Below are positions 10,292 through 19,319 of a DNA stretch of 64,000 bases, piece by piece (within the stretch, counting starts at the first letter, position 1; the number at the start of each line of letters is the position of its first letter). The stretch is taken from IMG/VR virus record IMGVR_UViG_3300028197_000002; one strand, written 5' to 3'. This DNA comes from a virus (Duplodnaviria > Caudoviricetes). The translations under genes were made by a program, and so were the position numbers. The notes under the pieces are model-generated. The model saw only the letters and a list, made by a program, of their open reading frames with translations. It searched no databases and was not told where the DNA came from.

Positions 10292-11179
10292 ATGAAATAT
10301 TTTGCTTTTTTAATTTTGTTGTTGATTTGCTTGCCTCAATCTTTCGCTCAAGTAAGAGAAGAAAGAGACAGCGTTTTTGAAGATAACAAAGAAACTTCGC
10401 AACAACCGGATGAGCAAGCGACAGCATTCGACGATTCCGATTCAAAAAGTCCTTCAGATAAAATAGTTGAAGAGATTACGGAAGAGATTTCTTGGTCTGT
10501 TAAGAAATGCGATATAAAAAATTATTTAAATTGTCTTTCTAAAGAAAAGAGAGAAAAAGATAAGATTAAAATTGCCAAGCGTTTTATGATGCAAAATGCC
10601 CAGTCTAATTTAGATGTTTTGAACACTTTTGTTTTAAGTGAAAGTGATGATCAAATAGATTTCATGGCAAAGTATTGTGTTGATGGCAATGCTATTATTC
10701 TTTCTGAAGTGACGCTTGTAAAGGAAGAAGGAAGATTTGTTATTTCTAAAGAAAAGATATTAGAAAGTACATCAAACAATCCGTTGGCTTCGTTGGGAAT
10801 ACCAGAAAGAAATGCACATCTCAAAGGTCTTGATCCAAATGATCCAAATGTTGTCATTAAGCCATGTCATATGGGTGCGGATTGCAAACATGCAAATATA
10901 GCAGGCCATAGACTCGCTGCGCAAGAACAGCAGCCTGCGAAGCCTTTTGAGCCTATGAAAGATTTGAATCCAGTTCTTGATCCTCCGTTTAATCAAAATG
11001 TAAATTTAAATGGAAACCGTTTTGTTGATCAAAATGGAGGAATTAGAGAAGTGAACAAAGATAACGGATGGGTTTCTGTTCCAAAAAACGGCCCGCAGTA
11101 TGTAGATCTTAAGCAACTAGGAAAGTTTTTCCCAGATAGATATACTGGATGCAAAGATGGCAATTGTTTCAGAAACTAA
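10292..11179 (+). CDS. Hypothetical exported protein
   Basis: Signal-peptide-like MKYFAFLILLLICLPQSFA; acidic N-terminal region. Confidence 0.7.
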   Translation: MKYFAFLILLLICLPQSFAQVREERDSVFEDNKETSQQPDEQATAFDDSDSKSPSDKIVEEITEEISWSVKKCDIKNYLNCLSKEKREKDKIKIAKRFMMQNAQSNLDVLNTFVLSESDDQIDFMAKYCVDGNAIILSEVTLVKEEGRFVISKEKILESTSNNPLASLGIPERNAHLKGLDPNDPNVVIKPCHMGADCKHANIAGHRLAAQEQQPAKPFEPMKDLNPVLDPPFNQNVNLNGNRFVDQNGGIREVNKDNGWVSVPKNGPQYVDLKQLGKFFPDRYTGCKDGNCFRN

Positions 11180-11198
11180 TCATTGAGGGAGGTTTAAA

Positions 11199-11747
11199 AT
11201 GGGCGTGGATGTTAGCTCTCAAAGTGGAGTTATTGCTTCTACTAGTGAAATTATAAAGCTAGTAAATGGGAAAAACAAAAAAAAGATACTTGAACTTTGT
11301 CAAGATTTCTATGATGAAGTTTATTCTGATCATATAAATTATAAAGAATGTTCTTGGAGAAAAGAAGTTGTAGAATATTTTTCTTCTCTAAATAATATTC
11401 AAGCAAAGACTGTCGGAGATTTGAAAGATATCTTAGGGTCTCTTGTTAAAGTGAGTGGAGAACCTGCCAAATACGATCTTGATACTCATGTTGAGTATGG
11501 AGAAGAAGTGTGTCTTTTGTGGCAGAAAATTATAGAAGAGGGATTGGATGTCGAATTACCTCATCTCGAAGAAGTCACGGCCTTTGGTAGTTGCAGGTAC
11601 AATGGTTATGATGTTCCTTTAGGCGAGGCGTGTTTTGTTTTTAGCGAATCGTGCTGTTTTGAAAAAAGTCTTTCGGACATAGGAAAGAATTTAAAAAAAG
11701 CAATAGGTCATGTGGATGTCACAGAGTGGACTCACTATAGTTGTTGA
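11199..11747 (+). CDS. Hypothetical protein
   Basis: GGGAGG RBS; 182 aa. Confidence 0.7.
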   Translation: MGVDVSSQSGVIASTSEIIKLVNGKNKKKILELCQDFYDEVYSDHINYKECSWRKEVVEYFSSLNNIQAKTVGDLKDILGSLVKVSGEPAKYDLDTHVEYGEEVCLLWQKIIEEGLDVELPHLEEVTAFGSCRYNGYDVPLGEACFVFSESCCFEKSLSDIGKNLKKAIGHVDVTEWTHYSC

Positions 11748-12658
11748 TCAATTCTTTTGAGTTGATTTTCAGAAAGAGTCCAACTTGGACTTATTTGGTT
11801 TCCTACCCAAGGTAATTTATCTTGGGCTATCCATCCAATTTTATCTGGTAGTATCTTTTCATCGTTTCCGTAAATATCTCTTGCCATAAGCAAAATGTTT
11901 TTTGTCGGAAGCATCGAGAAGAGTCTTGCTGATCCTCCTAAAGCAATTATTTTCCAATCCAGATACTCAGATCCGAGTATTTGGATTCCCATGTAGTGAT
12001 GTTTTGTTTGTTTGAGTAGTTTCTTTTGAAACTCATAGTCGATTCCAATCAGGTTATTTAAAACATTTTGTTCCTTTAGTTTTTGTTTTATTTTTTTAAA
12101 CGTTCCTTTTATTTCACATAAAATTATATTTTTTGGCAATTCATTTTTAATTTTCAAAAATAAATCGTAAGTTGATTGTCTTATGTAGGTCTTTTTATTT
12201 GTGATAAATTCATTTAATTCATCTAGACTTACATCTTTGTAAATTAATTTTGTAAGTCCTGTTTTATCGTAGCAATCTCTTTCTAAAGGATCGAAGGCTT
12301 TTTGATAAAATCTTGTATTTAAATTTCGAAATTCATTTAAAAAAGAATTTTTTCCTAATATTGTTATGCATTTCCCTTTTAGGTCATATGCATTTTGCAT
12401 ATGTTTTTTGCTTTCTGCTATGATTAATTCGTCTGCGTATTGAGAATTAACTGGAAGATAATTCATTTGAGATAAAACTCTCAAACAAATATTGTTTTTG
12501 TCGCAAAAAATTTTCATATTAAATAAGTCAATGTCATTGTAGTGTTCGTAAACAAAAGGATTTATTGTTATGACTTGATTTGTCTTTTTTTGATTTATTA
12601 TTAGCTTTGAAAACTTTTTGTTTTTTTTAATACATTTGTCATCTATTATTTTAATCAT
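11735..12658 (-). CDS. Hypothetical protein
   Basis: 307-aa minus-strand ORF convergent with 11199. Confidence 0.65.
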   Translation of the reverse strand: MIKIIDDKCIKKNKKFSKLIINQKKTNQVITINPFVYEHYNDIDLFNMKIFCDKNNICLRVLSQMNYLPVNSQYADELIIAESKKHMQNAYDLKGKCITILGKNSFLNEFRNLNTRFYQKAFDPLERDCYDKTGLTKLIYKDVSLDELNEFITNKKTYIRQSTYDLFLKIKNELPKNIILCEIKGTFKKIKQKLKEQNVLNNLIGIDYEFQKKLLKQTKHHYMGIQILGSEYLDWKIIALGGSARLFSMLPTKNILLMARDIYGNDEKILPDKIGWIAQDKLPWVGNQISPSWTLSENQLKRIDQQL

Positions 12659-12779
12659 TATTTAAATAATACTTTTTTTTAAAAGCAAGATTGTTATCTC
12701 ATTGCCCCTTTACAAGTGCTCGTCTTGTACTAAGATAGTTTTGAAATTTAAATTGCTCAAAGCTTTGTGGAGAGATTTT

Positions 12780-13208
12780 ATGAGTGGCGATAATTCTGGC
12801 GACAGATTCTTGATGATTTCTATGAAAACTACTGTTTTTACTTTGATTTTTTTTCTCATTGTATTTGTATCTGTTTTTGTTAATTTTTATTCTAATCAAA
12901 ATGAAAGTTTCGAATCCAAGACAGAAGATGTTGATGTATTTTTAGTCGAACAAAATGAACAACTTTATTACGATGATGATCCTGACGATTATGCTGTTGG
13001 CTTTCAAGCTGGAAAGTTCGCCTTATATTCTCAATTAAATATAGAATACCAACCTGAAGAAGCAGAAGTCTTTGCCTACTCTTCTTTTGTTGAAGAAAAT
13101 AACGACCCAAAGTATTTTGAAAACATAGAATACGATAAGGGTTATGTCGATGGTTATCATCGAGCCACGGAGCAAATTTATTGTCCCGCTTCTGTAGGAC
13201 ATAAGTGA
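12780..13208 (+). CDS. Hypothetical membrane-anchored acidic protein
   Basis: GGAG before ATG 12780; TM helix; YAVGFQAG and YDKGYVDGY repeats. Confidence 0.65.
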   Translation: MSGDNSGDRFLMISMKTTVFTLIFFLIVFVSVFVNFYSNQNESFESKTEDVDVFLVEQNEQLYYDDDPDDYAVGFQAGKFALYSQLNIEYQPEEAEVFAYSSFVEENNDPKYFENIEYDKGYVDGYHRATEQIYCPASVGHK

Positions 13209-13546
13209 TATGCCAGTTTTTTGCGAACAATATCATAAAGAAGATTTTAATAATCTTTATCACAAGTTTGTTGGAACCAACATTGTTTTAATGCTTCCCA
13301 AACTTCTTATGTTTATTCCCGTCCTGCTTTTTATCAGTCTCTTGTGTTTCGCTATGTCTGCTCCTCCATCGACTAGACCAGTCTCAACACAAGTCATGGC
13401 AGGAATTTCTTTAAAGGAAGTAGCAAGACTCGAAATGGTTTTTACTCACGATTGATCGTTTTTCGTTCTCAAATGAAAAATGGAAAACTCTATTGGAAGT
13501 TATGAGTCCGCAGTGATATATAAACATAGGAGTTTTGGAGTCTCTT

Positions 13547-13849
13547 ATGTTTTTGAGTAATAAAAATTTAAATTTCTTTCCTTTGATAATGAGTACTCTC
13601 ATTATAGCTACTTTGTTTACTTTTAGATCCATAGAGAATAAAAGAAAATTTATTCAGAATAGCAAAACAACATTAATTGTTTTGGAGAGAGGTTTAGAAA
13701 ACACTAGGGATGTGGAGAAAGATTTAGAAAGATTAACCTACCAAAATGTTGAAATTGAATCTTTTGGGGGTGTTACTTATGTTAAAATAAAATGCCCTCC
13801 TGATAAAACTCCTTTTTTCAAAAAATTAATACGAGACTTAACGGAGTAA
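13547..13849 (+). CDS. Hypothetical membrane-anchored protein
   Basis: GGAG RBS before ATG 13547; hydrophobic N-terminus. Confidence 0.55.
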   Translation: MFLSNKNLNFFPLIMSTLIIATLFTFRSIENKRKFIQNSKTTLIVLERGLENTRDVEKDLERLTYQNVEIESFGGVTYVKIKCPPDKTPFFKKLIRDLTE

Positions 13850-13851
13850 AA

Positions 13852-14271
13852 ATGGCCATATCAAAAGGAACAGTAAGAGTTGTAAATGGAACATACCAGC
13901 CGATCAGAAGTTCTGAGATGGAAAGAAGAGTTAGAAGAGGCAATGTCAGAATGGACTCGATAAAAGGAGCAATTCCGCCTCCTTTTGAGTATCGTCAAAC
14001 TGATGATGGCAAAAACACTTTTGAGATGAATATAAGATGTGTATCGAAGGTCCACTTGTTAAAAAGTGGAATAGCGGTTGAAACTGATAATTATGTAAGG
14101 AATGAAAAAACTATTCGAAGTCTTGGAGAAAAAAACATAACTCAACAAATTAAATTAAACGCTTGTCAGTATTCTGGATACGAGGAAGCTTCTAAACTTA
14201 GAAAAAGAATTATTCAAACTCAAAAGTTAAAGAACTTAAATGATCAAGAATTTATTTTTGATATTGAATAA
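13852..14271 (+). CDS. Hypothetical basic protein
   Basis: 139-aa ORF with GGAG RBS. Confidence 0.65.
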   Translation: MAISKGTVRVVNGTYQPIRSSEMERRVRRGNVRMDSIKGAIPPPFEYRQTDDGKNTFEMNIRCVSKVHLLKSGIAVETDNYVRNEKTIRSLGEKNITQQIKLNACQYSGYEEASKLRKRIIQTQKLKNLNDQEFIFDIE

Positions 14272-14429
14272 TTTTTTGGATAATTAATACTTAAATGTTT
14301 AATTTTTCTGTTTGAAATTTATTTATTTTATTTCTGTTTTTGGATAGCGATGTACATTGTAAAAAATACCGCTTCTTATTGGTCTAATTGGAAAAATTAA
14401 TTTAAATTAATTTTTAATATTGATAGATA

Positions 14430-14477
14430 TTATTGTGACAAGGATGTTGCAATAAGGGCAAGGATGCCCGCTTTTTT
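14430..14477 (+). ncRNA. Candidate CsrA/RsmA-binding RNA element (two AGGA-loop hairpins plus U-tract)
   Basis: TTATTGTGACA-AGGA-TGTTGCAATAA (11-bp stem) followed by GGGCA-AGGA-TGCCC and GCTTTTTT; both contain CAAGGATG. Confidence 0.55.
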
Positions 14478-14544
14478 ATAGTGCTTTAAAGGCTGTTTAT
14501 TTATAAAATATTACAGTCTTTTTTATTTGAAACAGGAGGTTGAA

Positions 14545-14769
14545 ATGACAGCATCATCAGTAACAGGCGTGAGCGGTCCAGGAATATCAAATGGCAAATT
14601 TAAGCCTGAGAATAGCTCTTGTAGATATGGTTGCGGTAGCGGCGGAAATTGCATGGAAGAAGAAACTGTTTCTTCAAAAAAGAAAGCTTATTGTTGTTCT
14701 AGTGGAGTTAAAACTTGTTCTTATTTAAAAGTTTTAAGATGTTCTAATTCTAGAATAAAAACTTGTTGA
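14545..14769 (+). CDS. Small Cys/Ser/Gly-rich protein (74 aa, 8 Cys)
   Basis: AGGAGG RBS before ATG 14545. Confidence 0.65.
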   Translation: MTASSVTGVSGPGISNGKFKPENSSCRYGCGSGGNCMEEETVSSKKKAYCCSSGVKTCSYLKVLRCSNSRIKTC

Positions 14770-14774
14770 GGCAC

Positions 14775-14803
14775 TTTACATTTCTTGTTTTCTTTCCTAT
14801 AAT
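14775..14803 (+). promoter_or_regulatory. Promoter TTTACA-N17-TATAAT
   Basis: Read directly upstream of 14918. Confidence 0.65.
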
Positions 14804-14917
14804 TAGGCAGCAACTTTGTTTCTTATTGAAACCCAGTTGGAGAATTTATGATCTAACAAATGTTTCTTTTTGTAAAAAAAATACTTTATTTTTATTTTCT
14901 GATTTGAAAGGGATTTA

Positions 14918-15217
14918 ATGTCGAGTTTTCATGTTGATGCAAGAGTATCTATTAAACTAGAGTATGAGTTGGCTGTTCGTTTAGGCGAGTTTTTACTTCA
15001 GTCAGGCACAGATGACAAGCAGGTTCTTGCTTTGGGCCATAAATTAAATAATTTAGAAGAAGAGGAAGAACAACAACAGCCTGTTCGTTTTTCTAATATT
15101 GTGAATAATTCTTATAAGTACAACAAGGATTGGAATAGCAATGAACATGGCTCTTCTGACGACAACAACGAAGAAAAGCCAAGAAGAATTAACTTAAGAA
15201 GACGAGCTACTGTTTAG
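14918..15217 (+). CDS. Hypothetical protein
   Basis: 99-aa ORF with acidic/Gln-rich middle and Arg-rich end. Confidence 0.65.
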   Translation: MSSFHVDARVSIKLEYELAVRLGEFLLQSGTDDKQVLALGHKLNNLEEEEEQQQPVRFSNIVNNSYKYNKDWNSNEHGSSDDNNEEKPRRINLRRRATV

Positions 15218-15230
15218 TTTTCAAATAACA

Positions 15231-15285
15231 AACAACAAGAAAGGTGTGCTGTTGTATGCGGCACTCCATTCTTGTTGTTTTTTTT
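15231..15285 (+). terminator. Long imperfect hairpin plus U-tract
   Basis: AACAACAAGAA/TTCTTGTTGTT outer stem, GTGCTG/CGGCAC inner stem, then a T run. Confidence 0.65.
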
Positions 15286-15317
15286 AATATATTTTTTAAT
15301 TTTCAAAGGAGATTTGA

Positions 15318-15650
15318 ATGAGATTTTTATTAACAGTTGCTTTTTGTGTTTTTCCATTAACAATTTTTGCTCAAGATGAAGTTGTTGAAATTGTAAGTGA
15401 TGAAACTCCAAAGCAAGAAGTTGTAGAGGAAGTTTTGGATGAAAAGCCTATTATTGAGATTTTAGAACCTGTGGATGTAATTCCTCCAAAATGCGAAACA
15501 AATTTCGCAACTTTAAGAAGGGCCACTTGCACTTCAGTGAATTTTGTTGGTAAAGTTGCTTGTACGCCTTTTAAGGTGGTCAGCAAAGTTTTTTGCCATG
15601 CTAGAACAAGAAGAAGTTTTAGTTTTTTTAGACGAAGATGTTGTCGTTAA
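15318..15650 (+). CDS. Small exported protein with Arg/Cys-rich C-terminus
   Basis: Signal peptide MRFLLTVAFCVFPLTIFA; ends RSFSFFRRRCCR. Confidence 0.7.
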   Translation: MRFLLTVAFCVFPLTIFAQDEVVEIVSDETPKQEVVEEVLDEKPIIEILEPVDVIPPKCETNFATLRRATCTSVNFVGKVACTPFKVVSKVFCHARTRRSFSFFRRRCCR

Positions 15651-15687
15651 TTTAAAAAACTAATTTTGCATTCATTTACGATTGCTT

Positions 15688-15721
15688 AAACCCACGTTGT
15701 TTTCTCAACGTGGGTTTTTTA
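15688..15721 (+). terminator. Rho-independent terminator
   Basis: AAACCCACGTTG-6nt-CAACGTGGGTTT followed by T run. Confidence 0.9.
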
Positions 15722-15736
15722 TTTGTAAGTTTAAGA

Positions 15737-15764
15737 TTGTCGTATTTCAATGTTTTTTTATAAT
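15737..15764 (+). promoter_or_regulatory. Promoter TTGTCG-N16-TATAAT
   Basis: Read directly upstream of 15784. Confidence 0.55.
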
Positions 15765-15783
15765 GAGTTTATAGGAGGACTAA

Positions 15784-16068
15784 ATGCAATACAAAAAAAA
15801 TAGGAGTCGATCAAAATTAAATAGGCATAACACTCTTTTAATTAAATTCAATATTACTTCAGATAATTATATAAGCTCTTGGTTTAATGGTTTTAATTTA
15901 GAACATTTTAAATGTTCTAGTTTAATACAGAGATGGGCTGTTGAAGTTCCTTTTTGGAAGGAAGAAGAGTATATTGATAAGTTTTTTGATTCTAGTATAG
16001 TTGAATCAATCATGCAAATGCCTAAGCACCATGTTGGAGTTAGGCAACGGGAGTTTGTAGATGAATAA
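15784..16068 (+). CDS. Hypothetical protein
   Basis: AGGAGG RBS; 94 aa. Confidence 0.65.
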   Translation: MQYKKNRSRSKLNRHNTLLIKFNITSDNYISSWFNGFNLEHFKCSSLIQRWAVEVPFWKEEEYIDKFFDSSIVESIMQMPKHHVGVRQREFVDE

Positions 16069-16318
16069 GAAGCGTCAAAAAAAAGAATGTTTTGTTCGTG
16101 AGTACAGAAATCAATTGGCCGAAGAAGGCGTAGAGATTAATTTCGAAGAAGCTGAAGAAAGATATGATGCAATTAGAAATTTAATTGTAAAATCTAGAAA
16201 CATGTCTCAATTAGATATCTGGAAGCTAGAGGAAATGAAGCCTATGGATGGATTTTCTGAAAAAGATCATAGTGATTTAATTAGTTTGTATAAGTATTTA
16301 ATAGAAAATGAAGTATGA
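16061..16318 (+). CDS. Hypothetical protein
   Basis: 85 aa, overlaps neighbours. Confidence 0.6.
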   Translation: MNKKRQKKECFVREYRNQLAEEGVEINFEEAEERYDAIRNLIVKSRNMSQLDIWKLEEMKPMDGFSEKDHSDLISLYKYLIENEV

Positions 16319-17414
16319 TTTCGTTATTGCTGGAGCAGGGTTTTTTGGAGCTACTTTTGCAAGATTAGCTGCTGACGCTGGCAATACATGCCTTCTTATA
16401 GATAAAAGAGATCACATAGGAGGAAACTGTTATACAGAAAAAATAGAGGGGATTAATGTTCACAAATATGGCCCTCATATATTTCATACTAATAGTTCTG
16501 AAATTTGGAATTTTGTAAATAAATTTGCTACATTTAACAATTATCAACATAGAATAAAAGTAAATTATAAAGATCAAATATATTCTTTCCCAATAAATTT
16601 AATGACTGCTAATCAAATTTGGGGAGTTAGAACTCCATCTGAATTTGATAATAAAATAAATGAAGTTAAGTTGGACTTAAAAGCTGATAATTTAGAAAAT
16701 TGGTGTTTGTCCAATGTTGGTAAAGATTTATATGAGACATTTATAAAAGGTTATACTAAGAAGCAATGGAATAAAAATCCCAAAGAGCTTCCTTCTTTTA
16801 TAATTAAAAGAATTCCTTTAAGGAATACATTTGACGATAGATATTTCAATGACAAATATCAAGGAATTCCTATTGATGGATATACTTTGTTATTTGAAAA
16901 CATGCTGGATCATAAAAATATTGAAGTTCAATTGAATGTTGATTTTTTTAATAACAAAAAAGAATTTTTAAAAAAAGGCAAGACCATCGTCTATACGGGA
17001 AAAATAGATGAGTTTTATGAGTATAGATTTGGTGAATTGGAATACAGATCGTTAAGATTTGAAAACAAAATTTTGGATGGAGATTATCAAGGATGTCCAA
17101 TAATCAACTATACAGATGAAAATGTTTCATTTACAAGAATTGTTGAACATAAGCACTTTGAGTATTTGTCTGGCGCTAGTCCAAATAAAACAGTAGTTAC
17201 TTGGGAATATCCTGATGATTATTCAATTGGAAAAACTCCTTACTATCCAATTAATGATAAAAATAATAATTTAATTTATGAAAAATATAAATCAATTGGC
17301 CAATCTGCTGATTTAGATATTATTTTTGGTGGCAGATTAGGTAGATATCAGTATATGGACATGCATCAAGTTATTGGCTCCGCCATGAAAAGTTTTTATA
17401 AGATTTTTAAATGA
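16308..17414 (+). CDS. glf: UDP-galactopyranose mutase
   Basis: GAGFFG, HIGGNCY, HKYGPHIFHT, RYFNDKYQGIP, PYYP, GRLGRYQYMDMHQ. Confidence 0.95.
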   Translation: MKYDFVIAGAGFFGATFARLAADAGNTCLLIDKRDHIGGNCYTEKIEGINVHKYGPHIFHTNSSEIWNFVNKFATFNNYQHRIKVNYKDQIYSFPINLMTANQIWGVRTPSEFDNKINEVKLDLKADNLENWCLSNVGKDLYETFIKGYTKKQWNKNPKELPSFIIKRIPLRNTFDDRYFNDKYQGIPIDGYTLLFENMLDHKNIEVQLNVDFFNNKKEFLKKGKTIVYTGKIDEFYEYRFGELEYRSLRFENKILDGDYQGCPIINYTDENVSFTRIVEHKHFEYLSGASPNKTVVTWEYPDDYSIGKTPYYPINDKNNNLIYEKYKSIGQSADLDIIFGGRLGRYQYMDMHQVIGSAMKSFYKIFK

Positions 17415-18091
17415 TTGCTTCAAAAAAAGTTTTAGTATTAAATAAAAATTGGACTGCTATTGGATTTTCTTCTCTGCAACGAGTAATCGGTCTTTTATTT
17501 GCGCAGTATGAAAACGGAGATCCTAAAGCGCAAATTATCACTCCTCCTCCTAAAGGTAGTTATGAAGTTTGGACTTGGGAAGATTGGGCGAAAATTAAGC
17601 CTAAAGAAGGAGATTCCGAACTAATATCAAGTTCGCAGATATTTAAAATTCCAGAAGTTATTTTATTGACAAGGTACGATAGAGTACCAGCCAGAAAAGT
17701 TAATTTTTGTAGAAGAGAAATATGGAAAAGAGATGAATTCAAGTGCCAATATTGTGGGATCAAACCTAAATATGATGAGTCTACTTTGGATCATATTATA
17801 CCAAAATCTCGTGGAGGCGAAACTAATTGGACAAATTGCGTTTTAGCTTGTTATCAGTGTAATAGTCAAAAAGCAGACAGAGAGCCTCATGAAGCTTTTA
17901 AGCCCCATGATAAAAGGGCTAGTTTATGGAGAGGACCTTCTCCAATGAGGCTCTACAAGACTCCTGTAAGGCCTAAAATGCCTTCTTTTGCTGATGAAAG
18001 GATTAAGGTTTTGGATACTTGGAAACATTGGATTGACAAACTTTATTGGGATGTAACTTTAGATAACGATATGCAGAAAGAAGGAGATTGA
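17411..18091 (+). CDS. HNH endonuclease (McrA-like)
   Basis: VLVLNKNW..RDEFKCQYCG..TLDHIIPKSRGG..WTNCVLACYQCNSQK. Confidence 0.9.
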   Translation: MIASKKVLVLNKNWTAIGFSSLQRVIGLLFAQYENGDPKAQIITPPPKGSYEVWTWEDWAKIKPKEGDSELISSSQIFKIPEVILLTRYDRVPARKVNFCRREIWKRDEFKCQYCGIKPKYDESTLDHIIPKSRGGETNWTNCVLACYQCNSQKADREPHEAFKPHDKRASLWRGPSPMRLYKTPVRPKMPSFADERIKVLDTWKHWIDKLYWDVTLDNDMQKEGD

Positions 18092-18092
18092 T

Positions 18093-18434
18093 ATGGGATT
18101 ATTGACAATTAAAGAATTCAAAGAAGGCAAAAGAGTGGATAGAACTAGGCCTAAAGATCGACAAATAAATGCACTAGAAGAACTGACAAAACAATCAGAA
18201 GAACTTGGTCTTTGCGATAATGCTTCAAATCCTATGATCAAAGACCAAAGATTTAATAAACTAAACGAAGCCACAGAAGAAGAAATCATGTCTATTAAAG
18301 GCGTGGGGAGAAAAACTTGTGATGTATTATTCGCATTTTTAAAGGAAGGCGAATTTAGAAATAAAGAAGATTTGAAAAAAACTGGTTTAAACACACGAAC
18401 TATAAATTTCATAAATTCTTGGCTTGATATATAA
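18093..18434 (+). CDS. Helix-hairpin-helix DNA-binding protein
   Basis: LNEATEEEIMSIKGVGRKT..EFRNKEDLKKTGL (ComEA-like HhH). Confidence 0.75.
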   Translation: MGLLTIKEFKEGKRVDRTRPKDRQINALEELTKQSEELGLCDNASNPMIKDQRFNKLNEATEEEIMSIKGVGRKTCDVLFAFLKEGEFRNKEDLKKTGLNTRTINFINSWLDI

Positions 18435-18437
18435 ATA
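18430..18437 (+). promoter_or_regulatory. T4-type late promoter consensus TATAAATA
   Basis: Exact motif upstream of 18491; CATAAATA variants at 19625 and 52441. Confidence 0.4.
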
Positions 18438-18490
18438 TTTTTTTCAATTTGATATATAATTAAAACCCTTTATCAATAGATAGGAGAAAA

Positions 18491-18853
18491 ATGTTAAGTT
18501 TTAATGAATGGCTTTTGCAAGAAGGCAAATGTGGCAACATGGACAAAGATGGTCCTGAAGACAAAAAAGACAAAAAAGACAAAGATGGTCCTGAAGACAA
18601 AAAAGACAAAGATGGTCCTGAAGACAAAAAAGACAAAAAAAGCAGTGGCGAAGATTGCGATTGCGATTGCGAATGTGATTCTTGCGATGATGGCGATTGT
18701 AATGATTGCAAAGAATGTGATTGTGATTGCGAAAGCGAATCTAAAGATAAGGACGACAAAGAATCTGATGGGTTGACTGAAAAACAGAAAAAATTACCCA
18801 AAGGTTTGCGTGATGCTATTTTGAAGAAAAAAAAGGAAAAGAAGGGAAAGTAA
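18491..18853 (+). CDS. Charged low-complexity protein with Cys-Asp cluster; likely internal head protein
   Basis: MLSFNEWLLQE N-terminus; DGPEDKKDK repeats; CDCDCECDSC..CDCDC. Confidence 0.7.
   Translation: MLSFNEWLLQEGKCGNMDKDGPEDKKDKKDKDGPEDKKDKDGPEDKKDKKSSGEDCDCDCECDSCDDGDCNDCKECDCDCESESKDKDDKESDGLTEKQKKLPKGLRDAILKKKKEKKGK
18542..18640 (+). repeat. Coding tandem repeat, 27-nt unit GACAAAGATGGTCCTGAAGACAAAAAA x3 with 9-nt GACAAAAAA subunits
   Basis: Units at 18542, 18578 and 18605. Confidence 0.9.
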
Positions 18854-18856
18854 ATA

Positions 18857-19255
18857 ATGCCTTTTAAAAGCACAGCTCAAATTAAAGCATGTTATTCGTC
18901 TAAAGGTTTTGGAGGAAAAGTTGATTGCGATCAATGGCTTAAAAAAACAGATTTTAAGGATTTACCAGATCGAGTTTCTAAAAAGAAAAAACCTTATGAA
19001 GAGAAGAAGGAAGAAAATTGCTTTATTAGAACTTTTTCTCAAGACGTTAATGAAGAAGAGCTTTGTTGGCATGTGGATTTGGAAGATAGAATAGTTTCTT
19101 CTTTAAAAGAAACAGATTGGAAATTTCAAAGAGATAATTCACTTCCAGAAAAGATAGAAGGGGAAATACACATTAAAGCCAATGAATGGCACAGGATAAT
19201 AAAGGGTTCGGGAGATTTAGAGGTGAGGGTTTTAAAAATAGCCAAGAAGAATTAA
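18857..19255 (+). CDS. Conserved phage hypothetical protein (cupin-like C-terminal part)
   Basis: EELCWHVDLEDR..WKFQRDN..WHRIIKG pattern. Confidence 0.65.
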   Translation: MPFKSTAQIKACYSSKGFGGKVDCDQWLKKTDFKDLPDRVSKKKKPYEEKKEENCFIRTFSQDVNEEELCWHVDLEDRIVSSLKETDWKFQRDNSLPEKIEGEIHIKANEWHRIIKGSGDLEVRVLKIAKKN

Positions 19256-19271
19256 TTCTTCTTGGCTATTT
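19236..19271. repeat. Perfect 36-bp palindrome
   Basis: AAATAGCCAAGAAGAATTAATTCTTCTTGGCTATTT, centred on the stop codon of 18857-19255. Confidence 0.9.
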
Positions 19272-19319
19272 AATTACGTATTGCGATCTTTTTTTATGAG
19301 TCTTCGAAACAACTGAATT

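Noticed and set aside
12699-13632. ORFs 12699-12899, 12892-13263, 13210-13455, 13411-13632
   Set aside because: Mutually overlapping and without motifs; one may be real but I cannot tell which
14281-14400. Possible small hydrophobic ORF upstream of the AGGA hairpins
   Set aside because: The ATG frame stops after six codons and the longer open frame has no proper start
17411-18091. HNH gene as a mobile homing endonuclease or intron
   Set aside because: It interrupts no gene, is translationally coupled in an operon and has the McrA-like N-terminal VLVLN extension
18504-18776. Alternative-frame ORF MVLKTKKTK repeats
   Set aside because: By-product of the 27-nt repeat in the frame-shifted reading; the 18491 frame has the RBS and coherent termini
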